Part shown: positions 1 to 11,368 of the stretch, in pieces | Layout: the number at the start of each line of letters is the position of its first letter | Numbering within the stretch: the stretch's first letter is position 1 | Assembly: GCA_965223415.1 (NCBI GenBank) | Contig: OZ245002.1 | Coordinates: 3,910,242-3,974,241, forward strand | Direction of reading: 5' to 3' | DNA: 64,000 nucleotides | Source of the DNA: Myxococcota bacterium | GTDB lineage: Bacteria > Myxococcota_A > UBA9160 > UBA6930 | Notes under the pieces: model-generated | What the model saw: the letters and a program-made list of their open reading frames with translations, nothing else | The model's database searches: none | What the model was told of the DNA's origin: nothing | Translations under genes and position numbers: made by a program

Positions 1-1755
<1,755 letters not shown>

Positions 1756-1864
1756 GGGTCGGTTCCGCTTGTTGCGTTCCCTCCGGGGAGCGCGCGGCGG
1801 TTCTGGCAAAAGGCCGGGCCGGGTGTTACCGATGAGCCCCTTTCACGGGAGGCCGGAACGGCAG

Positions 1865-2176
1865 ATGATCGACTCCTCGATCCTTTGGAACGTGGGCTGG
1901 AGCGCGGTGGCCGCCATGGTGCTCGGCTGGCTCGTCGTGTCCTTCGTGCCCGCCGGCCGCGGCAAGGCGCTGCTGGCCCGGCTGACCGCCATCGCCATGT
2001 ACGTGGCGTTCCTCTGCCTGTTCACGGCGGGCTTCCAGCGCACCGAGAGCACGGTGGGAACGCTCGGCTTCGGCTTCCTGGTGGGCCTGTTCGCCGCGGG
2101 CTTCCTCGTCAGCCTCTGGAAGGGCGTGCAGGAACTCGCGGGCGGCGCATCCGCGGGGGAGCACGCCGCCCACTAG
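1865..2176 (+). CDS. Small membrane protein, about 3 TM segments, unknown function
   Basis: ATG at 1865; hydrophobic 103-aa frame MIDSSILWNVGWSAVAAMVLGWLVVSF... with host-like codon usage. Confidence 0.7.
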   Translation: MIDSSILWNVGWSAVAAMVLGWLVVSFVPAGRGKALLARLTAIAMYVAFLCLFTAGFQRTESTVGTLGFGFLVGLFAAGFLVSLWKGVQELAGGASAGEHAAH

Positions 2177-2238
2177 CAGCTGCCCGCCATGAAGTTGCTG
2201 TCGAGGGTCCGGGGGCGAATCTGAGTCAGGTGGACGGG

Positions 2239-5200
2239 CTAGTGGTAGTCGTGGGACCCGTAGCCTCGCCCCCGCCCGCTTCGGCCGCCGCTTCCAGGGG
2301 ATTTCACTTCGGTCTCCATGGCGAGGGGCCGGATGCTCCCGACCTTCACGTGGATGACCCCGTCCACGTTCTGGATCGGCCCGGCCACCTCGAGCAGCGG
2401 GGAGGCGTGCAGGGGGATCCGCAGCCGGGCGAAGGCGTCCGGCGTGAGGACCGCGTTGGAGGTGCCCGTCTCGTCCTCCAGGGTGAGGAAGCAGAAGCCC
2501 TTCGCCGAGCCCGGGCGCTGGCGCACGATCACGTGGCCGGCGGTGCGCACGAAGCGCCCATTCGGCAGCTCCTTCAGCGCGCCGGCGGAAAGGACGCCGC
2601 GGGCCCGGAGCTCCGCACGCAGGTGGCTCATGACGTGGGGCCCGGTCGTGATGCCCGTCGTGCGGTAGTCGGCCAGGGTGGTTTCGAGGGGGCTGAGCTC
2701 CTCGAGAGGGGAGGGCGCGTCGCTCCCGGGCGGCTTCGCCCCGGCGAAGAGCGACTGGGGATCGCGCTCCACCGCGGCCACCTGCCAGATCGCCGAGCGT
2801 CGCGTCGGCGCCGCCGGGTCGATCGACGCCAGGGCGCCGCTCTCGGCCAGGGCAAAGGTCTCGTCTCGCTTGGGCGCCACCCGCTTCGCGAAGTCCGCCA
2901 GCCCCTCGAAGGGCGCCTGGGCGCGCTCCATCGCGATCCGCTCCCCCGTCTCCTTCGCCAGCCCCGCCACGTACCGCAGCCCCACCCGCGGCCGCGGTCC
3001 CGTTTCGCCGGGTTCGAGGACGCACTTCCAATCGGAGTGGGCAACCTCGATGGGGAGGACGGTGACGCCGTGGCGCTGGGCGTCCTTCACGAGGGTGGCG
3101 GGGTTGTAGAAGCCCATGGGCCAGGCGTTCAGCATGCCGACGAGGAAGGCGGCCGGATGGTGGGCGCGCAGGTAGGCGGAGGCGTAGGCGATCAGGGCGA
3201 AGGAGGCCGAGTGCGATTCGGGGAAGCCGTAGAGGGCGAACGACGTGATGCCGCGGACGATCTCCTCCTGGGCTTCGCCGGTGATGCCGCGCGCCTGCAT
3301 GCCGCTGCGTAGCCGCTCCTCGATCTCGGCCATGCGCTCCACCGAACGCTTGAAGCCCATGGCCCGGCGCAGCTCCTCGGCCTCGCCGCCGGTGAAGCCC
3401 GAGGCCTCCATCGCCAGCCGCAGGAGTTGCTCCTGGAAGATCGGCACGCCCAGGGTGCGCTTCAGGATCGGCTCGAGGGAGGGATGCGGATAGGTCACGG
3501 GCTCGCGCCCGGCCCGGCGGTTCAGGTAGGGGTGCACCATCTGCCCCACGATCGGCCCGGGCCGGATGATCGCGATCTCTACCACCAGGTCGTAGAAGCA
3601 GGCGGGCTTCATGCGCGGGAGCGTCGCCATCTGGGCGCGGCTCTCGATCTGGAAGACACCGACGGTGTCGGCCTCCTGGATCATGGCGTAGGTCTTCCGG
3701 TCGTCCGGGGGCAGGTGGGCCAGGTCGATCTCCACCCCTTCGTGCTCGCGGATCAGCGGGATCGTCTGCTCCAACGCATCGAGCATGCCGAGGCCGAGGA
3801 GATCGATCTTGATGATCCCCAGGTCGGCGCAGTCGTCCTTGTCCCACTGCACGACGCGCCGGTCCGGCATGGCAGCGGGCTCGATCGGCACCACCTCGTC
3901 GAGCCGGTCCTGGGCGATGACCAGGCCTCCGGTGTGCTGGCCCAGGTGCCTCGGCAGCCCCTGCATCTGCTCCGACAGCTCGAGCAGGAGCTGGACGCGG
4001 GGTGAGCGAGGATCGACGCCGGCCTCCCGGAGCATGGCGCAGGTGTCGTCCAGGTCCTCCCGGAAACGGAACTGGCGCAGCTTCTTCGAGAGCCGGTCGA
4101 GGAAGTCGGCCTCCATGCCGAGCACCTTGCCGATCTCGCGGAAGGCGGAGCGGGTGCGGTAGGAAATCACCGTCGCGGTCATGCCCACGCCGTGGGGGCC
4201 GTACTTCTCGTAGACGTACTGGATCGCCTTCTCGCGCTGGTCGCCGGAGGGGAGGTCGAGGTCGATGTCCGGCCACTCGCCGCGCTCCTCGGAGAGGAAG
4301 CGCTCGAAGAGGAGCTCCATGCCCACCGGATCCACCGCCGTGATGGAGAGCGCATAACAAACCGCGCTGTTTGCCGCCGAGCCCCGGCCCTGGCACAGGA
4401 TCCCCTCTTCCCGGGCGAAGCGAGCGATGTCCCAGACGATCAGGAAGTAGCCGGCCAGGTCGAGCTTCTCGATCACCGCGAGCTCGTGCTCGATCTGCGT
4501 GCGCGCGCGCGGCGGCAGGGGATCGCCGTAGCGCTCCCGTGCCCCGGAAAAGGTGAGCCTGCGCAGCCAGGAGCTCTGGCTCTCGCCCGGTGGCGTCGGA
4601 TAGATGGGAAAGCGGTAGCCCAGGTCCTCGAAGGTGAACGCGCAGCGTTCGGCCACCTGGCGGGTCGCGCGCAGCCAGGCGGGCCGATCGGCGAAACGCG
4701 CTGCCATCTCGGCGGGCGTGCGCAGGACGCGCTCGCCGTTCGGCAGCAGCTCCCGCCCCGCCTGGTCGAGGCGGGTCTTCGCGCGCAGGCAGGTGAAGGC
4801 GTCGAGCAGCCGCCGGCCCTCGGGGCGCGCCACCCGCACGTCGCCCCAGGCCAGGACGGGGACGTCGGAGCTCTCGGCCACCGCCACCGCGAAGCGGCTC
4901 TGGCCCTCGAGCGCGCGATCGAGGGCGCGGGCCACGCCGACCGCGACACGGCCCCCGCCGAAGACGCCCTTCAGCCGATCGAGTCGCGCCGGCGTGAGGG
5001 AGCCGCTGGCGGGCACCAACGCCGTGAGCCCGCCCGCGTGGGCCTCGAGCTCCTCCCAGCCGGCCCGGGCCTCGCCCTTGGGCGCGTTCCCCTGGGCCGT
5101 GGTGAGCAGTCGCGCCAGGTTCCGGTAGCCCTGGCGGCTCTCGGCCAGGAGCACCAGGGGCGCACCACCGGCAGCGGACAGCTCGGCCCCCACGATGGCG

Positions 5201-5391
5201 CGCACCCCGGCCCGCCGTGCCGCGGCGTGGAAGCGAGGGGCGCCGTAGAGGCCGTCCCGATCGGCCAGGGCCAGCACGCCGTGCCCCAGGGCGGCTCCCT
5301 GCTGGACCAGATCCTCCGGGTTGGACGCGCCTTCCAGGAAGGAGAACGCGCTTCGGCACCGGAGCTCGACATAGGGGGAGGCGTCGGGCAC
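2239..5391 (-). CDS. dnaE2: Error-prone DNA polymerase III alpha subunit DnaE2 (ImuC)
   Basis: PHP start YVELRCRSAFSFLEGAS; GRGSAANS; catalytic PDIDLD; YGFPESHS; OB fold RQRPGSAKG..FLTLEDETG; C-terminal SHDYH (SRDFH-like). Start placed at GTG 5391 just downstream of the promoter motif; ORF track start at 5427 is the -35 box. Confidence 0.96.
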   Translation of the reverse strand: MPDASPYVELRCRSAFSFLEGASNPEDLVQQGAALGHGVLALADRDGLYGAPRFHAAARRAGVRAIVGAELSAAGGAPLVLLAESRQGYRNLARLLTTAQGNAPKGEARAGWEELEAHAGGLTALVPASGSLTPARLDRLKGVFGGGRVAVGVARALDRALEGQSRFAVAVAESSDVPVLAWGDVRVARPEGRRLLDAFTCLRAKTRLDQAGRELLPNGERVLRTPAEMAARFADRPAWLRATRQVAERCAFTFEDLGYRFPIYPTPPGESQSSWLRRLTFSGARERYGDPLPPRARTQIEHELAVIEKLDLAGYFLIVWDIARFAREEGILCQGRGSAANSAVCYALSITAVDPVGMELLFERFLSEERGEWPDIDLDLPSGDQREKAIQYVYEKYGPHGVGMTATVISYRTRSAFREIGKVLGMEADFLDRLSKKLRQFRFREDLDDTCAMLREAGVDPRSPRVQLLLELSEQMQGLPRHLGQHTGGLVIAQDRLDEVVPIEPAAMPDRRVVQWDKDDCADLGIIKIDLLGLGMLDALEQTIPLIREHEGVEIDLAHLPPDDRKTYAMIQEADTVGVFQIESRAQMATLPRMKPACFYDLVVEIAIIRPGPIVGQMVHPYLNRRAGREPVTYPHPSLEPILKRTLGVPIFQEQLLRLAMEASGFTGGEAEELRRAMGFKRSVERMAEIEERLRSGMQARGITGEAQEEIVRGITSFALYGFPESHSASFALIAYASAYLRAHHPAAFLVGMLNAWPMGFYNPATLVKDAQRHGVTVLPIEVAHSDWKCVLEPGETGPRPRVGLRYVAGLAKETGERIAMERAQAPFEGLADFAKRVAPKRDETFALAESGALASIDPAAPTRRSAIWQVAAVERDPQSLFAGAKPPGSDAPSPLEELSPLETTLADYRTTGITTGPHVMSHLRAELRARGVLSAGALKELPNGRFVRTAGHVIVRQRPGSAKGFCFLTLEDETGTSNAVLTPDAFARLRIPLHASPLLEVAGPIQNVDGVIHVKVGSIRPLAMETEVKSPGSGGRSGRGRGYGSHDYH

Positions 5392-5396
5392 GAAAC

Positions 5397-5427
5397 GGAT
5401 TTTCGTCTTTTCTTCGCCACGGGTCAA
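5397..5427 (-). promoter_or_regulatory. dnaE2 promoter/operator TTGACC-N17-GAAAAT with CGAA-N7-CGAA repeat
   Basis: 27/31 identical to 28501-28531 upstream of imuA. Confidence 0.8.
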
Positions 5428-5462
5428 GTGTTCCTGCCCGGGGTTTCCGCCATCTTCGAGGT

Positions 5463-5837
5463 GTGGAACCGGGTCCTCTCGCTCTCGTCGTCGACGACGA
5501 GCCCATCGTCCAGCGCCTCGTGGCGCGCATCTTCGAGCGGGACGGCATCGAGGTGTGTCCGGCGATCGACGGCGACGGCGCCCTCGAGCGCATCCGCGAC
5601 CGCACGAGGCCTATCGACCGCGCGCTGATCGACGCCACCGTGCCGCCGGGCGGCGCCGCCCCCGTGATCGAGGCCCTGCTCGACCTCGACCCCCGTCCCC
5701 TCGTGGTCGTGACCAGCGGCAAGCCCCTCGACGGCGACCTGCAGCTCCTCGTCGAGCGCATCGGCGCCGTCTACCTGCCCAAGCCCTTCGGTCCCCAGTC
5801 CCTGCTCGATGCCGTGGAGGCCGCCCGTCGGTCGTGA
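5463..5837 (+). CDS. Single-domain response regulator (receiver)
   Basis: LVVDDE acidic pocket, phosphoacceptor LIDATVP, VTSG, LPKPF. Confidence 0.88.
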   Translation: MEPGPLALVVDDEPIVQRLVARIFERDGIEVCPAIDGDGALERIRDRTRPIDRALIDATVPPGGAAPVIEALLDLDPRPLVVVTSGKPLDGDLQLLVERIGAVYLPKPFGPQSLLDAVEAARRS

Positions 5838-5907
5838 GCCGCCGGCACGCTCGCCGCATCGCTCGCGTGCTCCCGCCGGGTCCGCACCGGTTTGCGAGAC
5901 TCCCGCC

Positions 5908-6852
5908 GTGACCCGGGTCCTCGTCATCGGTGCCGGAGCGGCCGGGCTGGCCGGCGCCCGCCGGCTCCAGGCCCTCGGCTGCGACGTCGAGGTGATCGAG
6001 GCCTCGGGCCGGGTCGGAGGCCATCTCACCGAGCTGCCCCTGTGCGTGCTGGACGCTGAGGCCCAGGAGGCCCTCGCCGTGCTCGGCGTGCGGGAGCTTC
6101 CGTCTGTCGGCGCGAGCGAGATCGCGGAGGCCGGTGCTCCGTCCGAGCCGGTTCGCACCACCGGAGGGTGGCGAGCTCTCGCCCGTCGGTGGCTGGCAGG
6201 GCTCCGCCCGCGCATCGCCGCGCCGCCTCCTCCCCGGGCTCCCGCCCTGATCCCCGGGGCGGCCCTCGCCCACGCCCTGGCTCCGGACGTGCCCGTCCGC
6301 TTCGGGTGGGAGGTGCTCGACGTGAAGGGCTCGGCCGTGGCCGCGACGGTCCAGTACGTCGCGCCCAGCGGAGAGCGCAGTCAGGACGCCGACGCGGCCC
6401 TGGTGACGCTGCCTGCCGAGCCGGGGACCGGCGTCGAACGTCGTCTGGCGATCTTCTTCACGGCGGGCTGCGACGGGGGCGCCGCCGCGGCGGCTGCGAC
6501 CCACGGGGCCGTACCGCCGGGAAGCGAGGCGGCCCACGTGTGGATCCTCCGGGACGGGGACCACGGGGTCGTGCGCATCGACCTGACCCCGGAGGCCTCC
6601 CGGGCGCTCTGGGATGCGGACGACGAAGAGCTGGCGACCTCCGTGTGGGACCTGCTGCCCGCCGACCTGCGGCTCGCCGAGGCGCGCCCCCAGGTGCACC
6701 GGTTCTGCGTGCCCGTGGCGGCCCCGGTCGACGCCGGCGACCTCCGGGTCGCCCGCGTGCCCGCGGCCGGCGACCTCGGCGCCACCCTCCGCGCGGCGGT
6801 CGCCACCGCCGAGGAGCTGGTCCAGCGGATCCATGGCAGCATGGCGCCATGA
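5908..6852 (+). CDS. FAD/NAD(P)-dependent oxidoreductase (amine oxidase/renalase-like, divergent)
   Basis: VLVIGAGAAGLAGA Rossmann motif, EASGRVGG; remainder poorly recognisable. Confidence 0.72.
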   Translation: MTRVLVIGAGAAGLAGARRLQALGCDVEVIEASGRVGGHLTELPLCVLDAEAQEALAVLGVRELPSVGASEIAEAGAPSEPVRTTGGWRALARRWLAGLRPRIAAPPPPRAPALIPGAALAHALAPDVPVRFGWEVLDVKGSAVAATVQYVAPSGERSQDADAALVTLPAEPGTGVERRLAIFFTAGCDGGAAAAAATHGAVPPGSEAAHVWILRDGDHGVVRIDLTPEASRALWDADDEELATSVWDLLPADLRLAEARPQVHRFCVPVAAPVDAGDLRVARVPAAGDLGATLRAAVATAEELVQRIHGSMAP

Positions 6853-7649
6853 CCACGCCGAACTCCTGGAACGACGACACCGAGTACGATTTCGGGGCCC
6901 TGGTCGGCGCCCTGAACCGCTACTTGCGGCTCCGCACCACCCCCGTGGGCATGAAGCGCTTCCGCGACGCGGCCGAGCTCGAGGGCATCCACCGGCTGCG
7001 TCGCCCGCCCGAGGGAGAGAAGCTCGCCACCGACCAGATCGTCGGGCAGTCCCGCTGGCTCGGCTACACGATCGGCATCACGATGGAGAATCTGGTCGGC
7101 GCCCAGTGCGGGGCCGTCGTCGGGCTGCACCCCCGGGACGAGGGCTTCCTGAGCGGCCACATGTTCAACGGCGTGTGGTACGGCGATCTCGAGAGCAGCG
7201 CCCGGCACCAGGAGGAGATGTCCTGCGCACCGTTCGGCGAGTACGAGGCCCTGGTCACCTCGCCGCTCACCTCCGGCCGCATCGACAACCCGGACATCTG
7301 CCTGGTCTACGGCACGCCCGGGCAGATGATCACCCTGATGAACGGCCTCCAGTACCGGAACTACCGCAAGTACACCTTCACCTGCGTCGGCGAGAGCGCC
7401 TGCGCCGATTCCTGGGGCCGCGCGCTCCAGAACGGCGAGCCCTCCCTGTCGATTCCCTGCTACGCGGAGCGCAAGTTCGGCGGAGTCCAGGACGACGAGA
7501 TGCTGATCGCGCTGGCGCCGCGTCACCTGCCCGGCATCGTGGACGGCCTCGCGTCCTTGAGCAAGAGCGGGCTCCGCTACCCGATCCCGAACCACGGGCT
7601 CGACAAGTCCCCGATCGCGAGCCTCGCCCAGAGCTACGGCGAACGTTAG
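6849..7649 (+). CDS. DUF169-family protein
   Basis: LRTTPVGMK, PDICLVYGTPGQM, GESACAD, SIPCYAERKFGG..DDEM; ATGA overlap with upstream gene. Confidence 0.8.
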   Translation: MTTPNSWNDDTEYDFGALVGALNRYLRLRTTPVGMKRFRDAAELEGIHRLRRPPEGEKLATDQIVGQSRWLGYTIGITMENLVGAQCGAVVGLHPRDEGFLSGHMFNGVWYGDLESSARHQEEMSCAPFGEYEALVTSPLTSGRIDNPDICLVYGTPGQMITLMNGLQYRNYRKYTFTCVGESACADSWGRALQNGEPSLSIPCYAERKFGGVQDDEMLIALAPRHLPGIVDGLASLSKSGLRYPIPNHGLDKSPIASLAQSYGER

Positions 7650-7651
7650 GC

Positions 7652-8821
7652 GTGGCCCCGGACCTCGACGTCTCGATCGAGGAGCTCCGTCGCCGGCGGG
7701 GCGGCAAGTGGACCGCCTTTCCGCCCGACGTCCTCCCGGCCTGGGTGGCGGACATGGACTTCCCCATCGCCGAGCCGATTCGGGAGGCGGTACTCGGCGT
7801 GCTCGAACGGAACGACGCCGGATACCCCGGGGAAGACTCGCACCGGGCCCTCGGCGCCGCCTTCGCGGCGCGCATGCAGGAGCGCTTCGGCTGGGCCCCC
7901 GATCCGCCCAAGGCCCTCCCCGTCGGCGATCTGATCCAGGCCATGATCGCGAGCGTGGCCAGCCTGACGGCGCCGGGCGAGGGCGTTCTGATCCAGACGC
8001 CCATCTACTATCCCTTCCTCCAGATCGTGGAGCTGCTGGGACGGCGCCTCGTCGAGAATCCCCTGGTCGAGACCGGCGACCGCTACGAGATGGACCTGGA
8101 CGGTCTGGACCGGGCGATCGACGAGGGGACGCGACTCGTCCTCTTCTGCAATCCCCACAACCCGACCGGCCGCGTGTTCGAACGCCGCGAGCTCGAGGGC
8201 CTGGCCGAGCGGGTCCTGCGTCATGACCTCGTCGTCGTGTCCGACGAGGTGCACTCGGACCTCGTCTACCCGGGTGCGACCCACGTCCCCTTCGCGTCCC
8301 TCGGGCCGGAGATCGCCTCCCGCACGATCACGCTGAACGCCGCCACCAAGGCCTTCAACATCGCCGGTCTGAAGTGCGCCCTGATCCACTTCGGCTCCAA
8401 GGCGCTCCGGGATCGCCTGGTCTCCGCCTTCCACCCGCGCCTGCTGGGCAGCCCCAACGTCTTCGGCATCGAGGCCACCCTCGCGGCCTGGCGCGACGGG
8501 GAGGTGTGGCTCACGGCAGCCGTCCGGCAGCTCGACGCGAACCGCGACACGCTCGCGCGCTTCCTCCGCGACCGGCTTCCGGAGGTGGGGTTCCATCCGC
8601 CGGAGGCGAGCTTCCTGGCGTGGATGGACTGTGGTGGGCTGGAGCTGCCCTCGCGGCCGTACGAGTTCTTCCTGTCCGAGGCGCGGGTGGCATTGAGCGA
8701 CGGCGCGGTGTTCAGCTCTCGGAGTGACGGGTTCGTGCGGTTGAACTTCGCGACGGCGGCGGGGGTTCTGGGAGAGGTGCTCGAGCGGATGGAAGCGGCG
8801 GTGCGGGGGGCGGCGGCGTAG
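7652..8821 (+). CDS. MalY/PatB-family PLP enzyme (cystathionine beta-lyase-like)
   Basis: LPAWVADMDF, CNPHNPTGRV, SDEVHSDL, TKAFNIAGL (PLP Lys), FVRLNFAT. Confidence 0.92.
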   Translation: MAPDLDVSIEELRRRRGGKWTAFPPDVLPAWVADMDFPIAEPIREAVLGVLERNDAGYPGEDSHRALGAAFAARMQERFGWAPDPPKALPVGDLIQAMIASVASLTAPGEGVLIQTPIYYPFLQIVELLGRRLVENPLVETGDRYEMDLDGLDRAIDEGTRLVLFCNPHNPTGRVFERRELEGLAERVLRHDLVVVSDEVHSDLVYPGATHVPFASLGPEIASRTITLNAATKAFNIAGLKCALIHFGSKALRDRLVSAFHPRLLGSPNVFGIEATLAAWRDGEVWLTAAVRQLDANRDTLARFLRDRLPEVGFHPPEASFLAWMDCGGLELPSRPYEFFLSEARVALSDGAVFSSRSDGFVRLNFATAAGVLGEVLERMEAAVRGAAA

Positions 8822-8952
8822 CCCGGTCGTGGCGGCGTGACTCTCGGGGTTGGGGTTGGTTGGGATCGGGCGCGTTCGGGTGGTTTCGCGGCTTCCTTCT
8901 CTCCTGCGGAACACCGGGGCGTCCCGGCCAGCTGGGAACGGGCCGGACGACG

Positions 8953-10473
8953 CTACCGACTCCCGCCCAGCTCCTCCCGCAGCTCGTGCTTCAGGATCTT
9001 CATCGTCGCGTTCCGAGGCAGGGCGTCCCGCAGCTCGAGCTGCTCCGGGATCTTCTGCGTCATGAGGCCCGCCGCACGGCAGTGTTCCACCATCTCGTCG
9101 AACTCCAGGGGTGACGCTCCCGGCGCGGTCTCGACCACGGCGCAGACGCGTTCTCCCCGAGTGGGGTCCGGCAATCCGATCACGGCGACGGCACCGACCT
9201 TCGGGTGGGTGTAGAGGACGTCTTCCACCTCCTGGGCGGAGACGTTCTCGCCCTTGCGGATGATGACGTCCTTGAGGCGCCCGGTGAGGACGACGTGGCC
9301 GTCCGCTCGGAGCAGACCGAGGTCCCCTGTGCGGAAGCGGCCCACGTCGTCGAAGGCATCGCGGTCCAGCGCGGGGTCGGTGTAGCCGTGGAAGAGCATC
9401 GGGCCGGCGACCCGTACCTCGCCCGGCTCGCCGGGGCCCGCGTCCCGGCCGTCCGGTCGGACGATCGAGACGCGCAGCCCTTCCACCGGCGCGCCTTCGC
9501 TGTGGGCGAGCTGGTCGTCGCTGTCGGTCGGGCGGCCCTGGCTGATCATCGGGCATTCGGTCATGCCGTAGCCGTGGGCGATGGGGATGTGGAGCTCGCG
9601 TTTGACTTCGAAGTAGAGCTCGGCCGGCATCGGGGCGCCGCCGCCGGCGAGGGCGCGGAGGGTGGGGAAGGCGGGCTCGTCGGGGCTGCGGCGTTGGTGC
9701 TCGAGCAGCATGGCGTAGAAGGCGGTGGAGCCGCCGGCCAGGGTCACACCGTGGCGTCGGAAGAGCCGCGCTGCTCCGTCGGGGGCGAAGCGCTCCATCA
9801 GGAGTGCACCGAAGCCGGCCTCCAGCATGGCGATGACGTAGTCGGGCCCACCGATGTGGGCGTAGGGGAAGGCGATCGAGCCCAGGTCGTCTTCGCCGGT
9901 GCCGAGGGCGGCGGCGAGGCCGCGGCCGGCGGCGAGGAGCGACGCGTCGGTGTGGAGGACGCCCTTCGGGTCGGAGGTGGTGCCGGAGGTCGTGTAGATC
10001 CAGCGCACGTCGTCGGCGGAGGTGGGAGGGGCGGGAAGGCCCGCCGGGTCGCCCTCCGGCAGCGCGTCGTAGGCGACGAGGACCTCCGGCGGCTCCGGCA
10101 GGCCGCGAGCGACGCTGCGTGCCATGGCCGCGTAGTCGAAGCCGTTCCAGACCCCCGGCGTGAGCACGAGGTGCGGCCGGGTCTGGCGCAGGCAGAAGCC
10201 CACCTCCCGCTCCCGGTAGAGGTGGATGATCGGGTTCTGGACGGCGCCGAGCCGGCACAGGGCGAAGGAGGCGACCAGGGTCTCGATGCGCGTGGGGAGC
10301 TGCCAGGTCACCGGCGTGTCGGCAGCGACGCCGAGCGCCGCCAGGCCCGCCGCCACGCGCTCCGCCCGGTCCCGGAACGCGCGAAAGCTCGTCCGCCGGT
10401 CCTCGGCGTCGATCAGCATCGTGCGGTCGGGGCTCCGGGCGACCCGCCACTCGAGCAGCTCCCAGAGGGTCAT
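8953..10473 (-). CDS. AMP-binding acyl-CoA synthetase (cyclohexanecarboxylate-CoA ligase-like)
   Basis: YTTSGTTSDPKG, YGMTE, FRTGDLG, GRLKDVIIRKGENV. Confidence 0.92.
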   Translation of the reverse strand: MTLWELLEWRVARSPDRTMLIDAEDRRTSFRAFRDRAERVAAGLAALGVAADTPVTWQLPTRIETLVASFALCRLGAVQNPIIHLYREREVGFCLRQTRPHLVLTPGVWNGFDYAAMARSVARGLPEPPEVLVAYDALPEGDPAGLPAPPTSADDVRWIYTTSGTTSDPKGVLHTDASLLAAGRGLAAALGTGEDDLGSIAFPYAHIGGPDYVIAMLEAGFGALLMERFAPDGAARLFRRHGVTLAGGSTAFYAMLLEHQRRSPDEPAFPTLRALAGGGAPMPAELYFEVKRELHIPIAHGYGMTECPMISQGRPTDSDDQLAHSEGAPVEGLRVSIVRPDGRDAGPGEPGEVRVAGPMLFHGYTDPALDRDAFDDVGRFRTGDLGLLRADGHVVLTGRLKDVIIRKGENVSAQEVEDVLYTHPKVGAVAVIGLPDPTRGERVCAVVETAPGASPLEFDEMVEHCRAAGLMTQKIPEQLELRDALPRNATMKILKHELREELGGSR

Positions 10474-10489
10474 CGGCCCGCCCGCCGAC

Positions 10490-11347
10490 TCAGTCGAGCT
10501 TCAGGACCTTGCGGGCGTTGTCGCGCAGGAACTTCGGCCACACGTGGTCGCGGAAGGGCACCTCGGGCATGTCGGTCATGATGCGCTCGAGGGAGAGCCC
10601 CATCGGGAAGTAGCCGGCGTAGATGATCTTGTCGGCGCCCCGGGTGTTCGCGTACTTCACGATCTCCTCCGGGTAGTACCGGGGCGCGAAGGCCGAGGTG
10701 GAGTAGTAGAGGTTCGGCCACTTCAGCATCAGCTTCATGGCCAGCTTCTCCCACGGCTCGCAGCCGTGGCGGGTCACGAAGACCAGCTCCGGGAAGTCGT
10801 ACATGACCTGGTCGACGTGCTCGACCTTCTGGGGCCACATCGGGAAGCGCGGTCCCGGCACGCCGACGCAGGAGAAGATCGGCACGTCCAGCTCCACGCA
10901 CTTCGCGTAGATCGGATACATCTTCGCGTCGTTGATGGCGACCTGCGGGTTGAAGCCTGCGTTGAAGGCGCCGAAGGAGGAGACGCCGAACTCCTCGTAC
11001 TGCCGGACCATGTCGCGGATGCCTTCCATCCCGCGGTTCGGGTCCACGTTGCCCTGGCCGACGAAGCGGTCGGGGTGGTCCTTCAGGGCCTTGTTCGTCA
11101 CCTCGCCGCCGACGCCGATCAGGCCGATCTCGACGCCGAAGCGGTCCATCTCGTGCAGGGTGATGGAGATCGGGTCCTTCGAGCCGTACAGCTCCTTCGG
11201 GACGTGCTTGAACATGTACTCGACCGGGAAGTCGAACTCCTTCGAGCCGTCCTTCAGCTGCTTGCGGATGAAGTCGTACTGCTCGAAGTCCTGCGCGGGA
11301 AAGCCGATCATGCAGTCGACGATGCCGATGTCGGCGGGCATGCCCAT
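10490..11347 (-). CDS. Amidohydrolase_2-family protein with atypical metal ligands
   Basis: YPIYAKCVELDVPI, FPELVFVTRHG, KWPNLYYSTSA, DKIIYA, FLRDNARKVL. Confidence 0.85.
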   Translation of the reverse strand: MGMPADIGIVDCMIGFPAQDFEQYDFIRKQLKDGSKEFDFPVEYMFKHVPKELYGSKDPISITLHEMDRFGVEIGLIGVGGEVTNKALKDHPDRFVGQGNVDPNRGMEGIRDMVRQYEEFGVSSFGAFNAGFNPQVAINDAKMYPIYAKCVELDVPIFSCVGVPGPRFPMWPQKVEHVDQVMYDFPELVFVTRHGCEPWEKLAMKLMLKWPNLYYSTSAFAPRYYPEEIVKYANTRGADKIIYAGYFPMGLSLERIMTDMPEVPFRDHVWPKFLRDNARKVLKLD

Positions 11348-11368
11348 GGGGGGTCCTTTCGTCGCGGC

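Noticed and set aside
8822-8952. G/T-rich gap (GGGGTTGGGGTTGGTTGGG) and imperfect hairpin as ncRNA or G-quadruplex
   Set aside because: Irregular G-runs, single occurrence; most simply a terminator region between convergent genes
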